Source: the human T2T-CHM13v2.0 reference genome, Homo sapiens
NCBI RefSeq assembly: GCF_009914755.1
Contig: NC_060929.1
DNA: 64,000 nt
Direction: 5' to 3' (one strand)
Shown piece after piece: positions 59,697-64,000 of the stretch. The notes below the pieces were generated by a model, which saw nothing but the letters and a program-made list of their open reading frames with translations, ran no database searches and was not told the origin of the DNA. Positions within the stretch are counted from its first letter, which is position 1; every line of letters starts with the position of its first letter. A program made the position numbers and the translations under genes.

Positions 59697-61408
59697 ATTT
59701 AGAAGAAATGAGAACTTATTTCCCACATTTACCCAGATATTTTAAGTATCAGGGGCCTACGTTTTTCCCTAATAGAGCCCTGAGATTGGAATAGGAATCC
59801 TACTGGGATAAGGCTTCATTCTTCTTTAAATCTTTGCTTCTCTTATGATTAAGTCAGAAACCTGTTTTGCTACCCCATCTATCCTGGAGGGAGAAATATA
59901 TGGGAGATTTATGTGGAAATTCTCCTGTGTGATGCACTGTAAGGTGGAATTGAGCAGAGGAAGGAGCTCATGCTGCAGTGTGGTTGCATCTAAGGACTCA
60001 GCCAGTACAAGGAGGTATCCCTTAAGAGACAGAGATAGTCCAAATTGAGTCAAGGGGTGGTCTTTTGTTTTCCCACATGAACCTGTCAGTAGCTATGGGC
60101 CACTCCCCTGAAAGAAAACTTCACTTTGAAGAAAACCAATTACCTGTGAGGGCCACAGCTGTAAGCCATTAGCAACAGCTCTTTGAAGGAGGTAAATGGT
60201 AAATGTACCAACCCCAATGAGGGAACCTGTACAGAGCAATACAAATATCCACTACAGCCATCAAAGTCATCGACACATGGACCAGTGTCCTGGCATCAAT
60301 GACAGAACTATCCCAAAATGTAGACAAATAATTGAGAAGGAAGAGAAGTAAAAAATTAATTAATTAATTAATATTTCTATTTAGAATCCTAAAGCATTAA
60401 ATAGAGGTAAAAATAAACACTAGATATGGGTGTTGGTAACTATATGTTGGGTAGAGGAGAAGGCAGAGAATGTGGATTCGTGAATGTTTATTGAGACTTT
60501 TCCATGTGTTCAGAAGTAAGAAAGGCAAGTGAAAAGTAAATAATTGACAAGTATAGTAGTCTATATTTGAATTATACTGATAAGAAAATTATAAGTATCA
60601 AAATTATATTCATGATACTTCCCTTTTTTGAAGAGAAAAATGTTTTTAGAAAGCAAAATTTCAGTGTACACCAGGTGGTATCAGGAATAATACATATCTG
60701 TTGTTTTGAAAATTATACTCTTCACTCACTGTGTTGACCTTTTTTTAAAGATTCTGCCATATGTTTTTCTCAAGCAGGTTGGTGACTAAGCAGGGAAACA
60801 CTCTCCAAAAAAAATTTAAAATTTTAATTTGAAGTGATGAATTATAATTTTGGTTGCTTAGCCATGTTTTAAGGCACAGTATGCCATTTTTTCATTTTCA
60901 TATAATCTCTTTAGCAGAAAATGTGTATGTGCCTCAGAAAGTGGTGTTTTAGTGTCAATATCTATTATTTGTAATTCATAATATATCTCTTTTAGCCATG
61001 TTGATATAAAAACAATAGATTTTATAATTGTGTTTGTTTCAATCTTTGTCAGCACCTCCAAAAATAAATTATAAAAGTATTTATGAAAAAAAACAGTTGT
61101 ATAGATGCTATTCATAATTTTTTTCTTTCCATTATGTTTGAGGGAATATTACCATTGTCTTAGAGCCAACGTTTTTATTGTCTCTGCTATTTTTCTGTCC
61201 TGAAACTTGATCTTTAGCACATATAATACTCATTAACATCTACTATTTCCCTCATAAAATATAGCAAACTCTATTCAATTATAAAGGTAGATGTTTTCAC
61301 AAATATTGAGTATGTCTTAAAATTTGCTGAAGATTTGGAAATATGACTTACGAAAATCATAAAACCAATTGCATATGTTTAATAGTTTATAATTTAATAA
61401 ACTTAGAT

Positions 61409-61666
61409 CAGTGATTCTCAAACCAGGGCAACCGCTTTCCCCTCCAACACATACACATGCTAAGGGACATTTGACAACATCTAGAGACACTTTAAATTGT
61501 CACAATTCAGGTGCATACTTCAGGAATAGATGCCAGGGATGCTACTAAGCATCTTACAATGCACAGGACAACCCTTCCTCCTTTACAGTAGTTGCTGTAA
61601 TAAGTAATAATCAGAATTCTCAAATTTGGCTCCAAACTGTAATAGTACAGAAGTTGAGAAATCCTG
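61409..61666. mobile_element. MER20 carrying a foreign 46-bp insert
   Basis: CAGTGATTCTCAA...GGGACATTTG...CCAGGGATGCTACTAAGCATCTTACAATGCACAGGACA...GTTGAGAAATCCTG. Confidence 0.9.
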
Positions 61667-64000
61667 TTGTAGACATTCCGATATTTAAAATACTAAAAGC
61701 ATTTTAAAATACCAACTTTAATAGAATTAATAAGTGAAACTTGATAATAGTCTTGCCATTGATAAGACAATTTTTGAGATTTTTGTTCTTGCTTTAAAGT
61801 TTTCAACCTATTGCTTTCACAGTATTTTGAGTTAATTCTGTTAATAATATTAAGAAACATTATTTCTGCACCAAATTCCAACTTGACTTATGGATAATAT
61901 ACAGAATGGTTAAACATATATACAATTATTTTGTGAAGCTCAAATTTCTCATTAATTAAAAAATACTATAATAAATATTGCATTGTATTATTTAACTTTT
62001 TTCTATTCCTACCATTTGAGAATTCAAATTTTCTTTTGTAGTATATTGTTTTAATTATTGAAATAGTATTGAAATACATTTTTGATGTTCAGCTTGTTTG
62101 ATAAATGCTACTTTCAGACTAAATTATATATGGTCAAGTAAAATGGTTATTAAAATTAAAACCAAATGAAATAATAAATCAGCCCATTAAAGTAGCAGAT
62201 ATAATGGAGTGTGCAGCAGTCTACTATTACTTATGGCTCATAAGTAAGAAAGAATGCTTTTGAGGTTGCATAACACATGAAAACAGAAATTTTGACTTAA
62301 TTTGAAAGTGACAAAGAAAGTTTTCATTGACTTGTGAAAATTGCTTTCTTTTTAAGCTCCAGTATGATTATAGTTCAATTTTCCAACCATTTTTTATATT
62401 TTAATCATTTCATTTCTTAAATTATCCCTGAATTGATTCCCTTTTTGTTCTTTTTGTTAGAGCAAAAGTCATATTTACAAATCATATTAACATATCTACA
62501 TTCATCTGGTACTATATCAGATTAAATTCCTCTTAAACATAATTGTGATAAACTTTTTATAAGCAGATAAAAATTTTCTTGCTTTATGACAGAGAAATAT
62601 ATGAGGAACAATTATGCTCTCAATTATTTTTTATAAAGCAGAAAATTTAACACCACTAAACCAAAAACTAGAAAAGCATACATTTTGTTTTTCCTAGATG
62701 TAGCTGAATGTTGATAAATATCTAGGACATTCTGTTCATATAAAAACCTTTAACACAGTCTGATTAATACCCATATTTTAATTTGAGCATCTCTGGCAAA
62801 AATAATAAAATTATTTTTAAAAATCTCACAAAAGTGTCCTGTCCTTTGATTCTGTAAAGGTACCCATACTGCCTAAATTGCTATTTTAACTGACGTTATG
62901 CAAAGATATATCAGCAGAATTTTAACATCGGTATGGATCAACAATCTGTGATCTCGAATGGAATTATAGGTTTACACAGATAGTAGTTGCTATAATGAAT
63001 GATAATCAGAATTCTTAAATTTGGATCTAGGAAAAGACTAAAAAAATCAATAATTGCGTTGCACCATCATTTTTTAAGCCACCAAGTTGAGTATTTTATT
63101 ATTTGCACCCAAAAGGACCCTAACTATTAGACAAAATATTGGATCTTAGAAATGTGACAAAATCATATTCAACTGCATGTGGGGTATGCTGAAGAGAAAA
63201 ACAGCTTAGTGAATGTTTAGTTAAAGCATATGTCAGTGTATATTAAAGGAAGAATAATGTTGGCCTGCAGGAGAATTCATAGCTTGTTGTATGCCTCTAT
63301 CCTTTCTATAATTTTTTCTCTTTACCTACTCTTTGTATGAAACAGAATCAATGAATAGAACAATATATTGTAATTCAGACTGAGTAAGAGATAAGTGTAG
63401 GAAGACCTGTGTGAAGAGAAATAGAATTCAAATCTATTTGGCCATTAGGGCACTTGTCTTTCTATGAGGTTAGAAAGGTAAGGAATGTCAAGCTTCTTAT
63501 ATTTCCTCATAATGAGAAGGCTTGGAAAGGACCATGAAAACCTACTCTTTCCTATTGTTGTAAGAAAATTATTGCTCTTGCTTGTTGGGAAATGTTTATG
63601 GGACTAGGCTAGAAAAGAGAGATAAGTTAAGTGATAGTGCTTTTGTTGCAACTCTAGGATTACTTCTAGCCTAGGGAAAGGGATGTCTTGACTTAGCTGA
63701 GTAGTGTATGGGTTTGGAGGCAAGGCTCCATTCCTTTGCCTAAACTTAAGCCACCGTTAGTTGTGTACTTTATTATCTGTTTGGCCTGTATTTCCTACAG
63801 GAACTTTGAGGTAATTAGTTAAGGACCCAATTCAAAAAGACTTAGCCTCATTTTACAACGTCCACTTATTTTATAATTTCTTTTTTTTTCCCACTGTTGC
63901 CAAACAAATAAAGAATAAATAATTATTGCCTCTTTATCAAGTACATGTATTTGAAAGAATGGCAAATATACAGATTTGATAGAGTATCTAATGAAAAAAT

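Overview
AT-rich primate (very probably human) nuclear DNA with no recognisable protein-coding exon, RNA gene or CRISPR array. It looks intergenic or deep-intronic. Roughly half is transposon-derived: 15 Alus (many with readable target-site duplications, TSDs), long decayed L2 and L1M fragments, many MaLR/ERVL solo LTRs, hAT-Charlie MITEs (MER3, MER20, MER58), a full-length two-LTR THE1 element nested in an MLT1A0 LTR, and two decayed minus-strand ERV-L internal regions, one still bounded by both LTRs and a TSD. The ORF track is explained by repeats and chance. I found no evidence of a new multi-gene system. The most notable items are an orphan ~290-bp polyadenylated retro-insertion inside an MLT1C LTR, a 46-bp locally templated copy inside a MER20, an interrupted (AAAAT)n Alu-tail repeat, and a repeat-poor 4-kb stretch with enhancer-like motif clusters. 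Repeat subfamily names come from recalled consensus sequences, not a search. Boundaries of old repeats are approximate.
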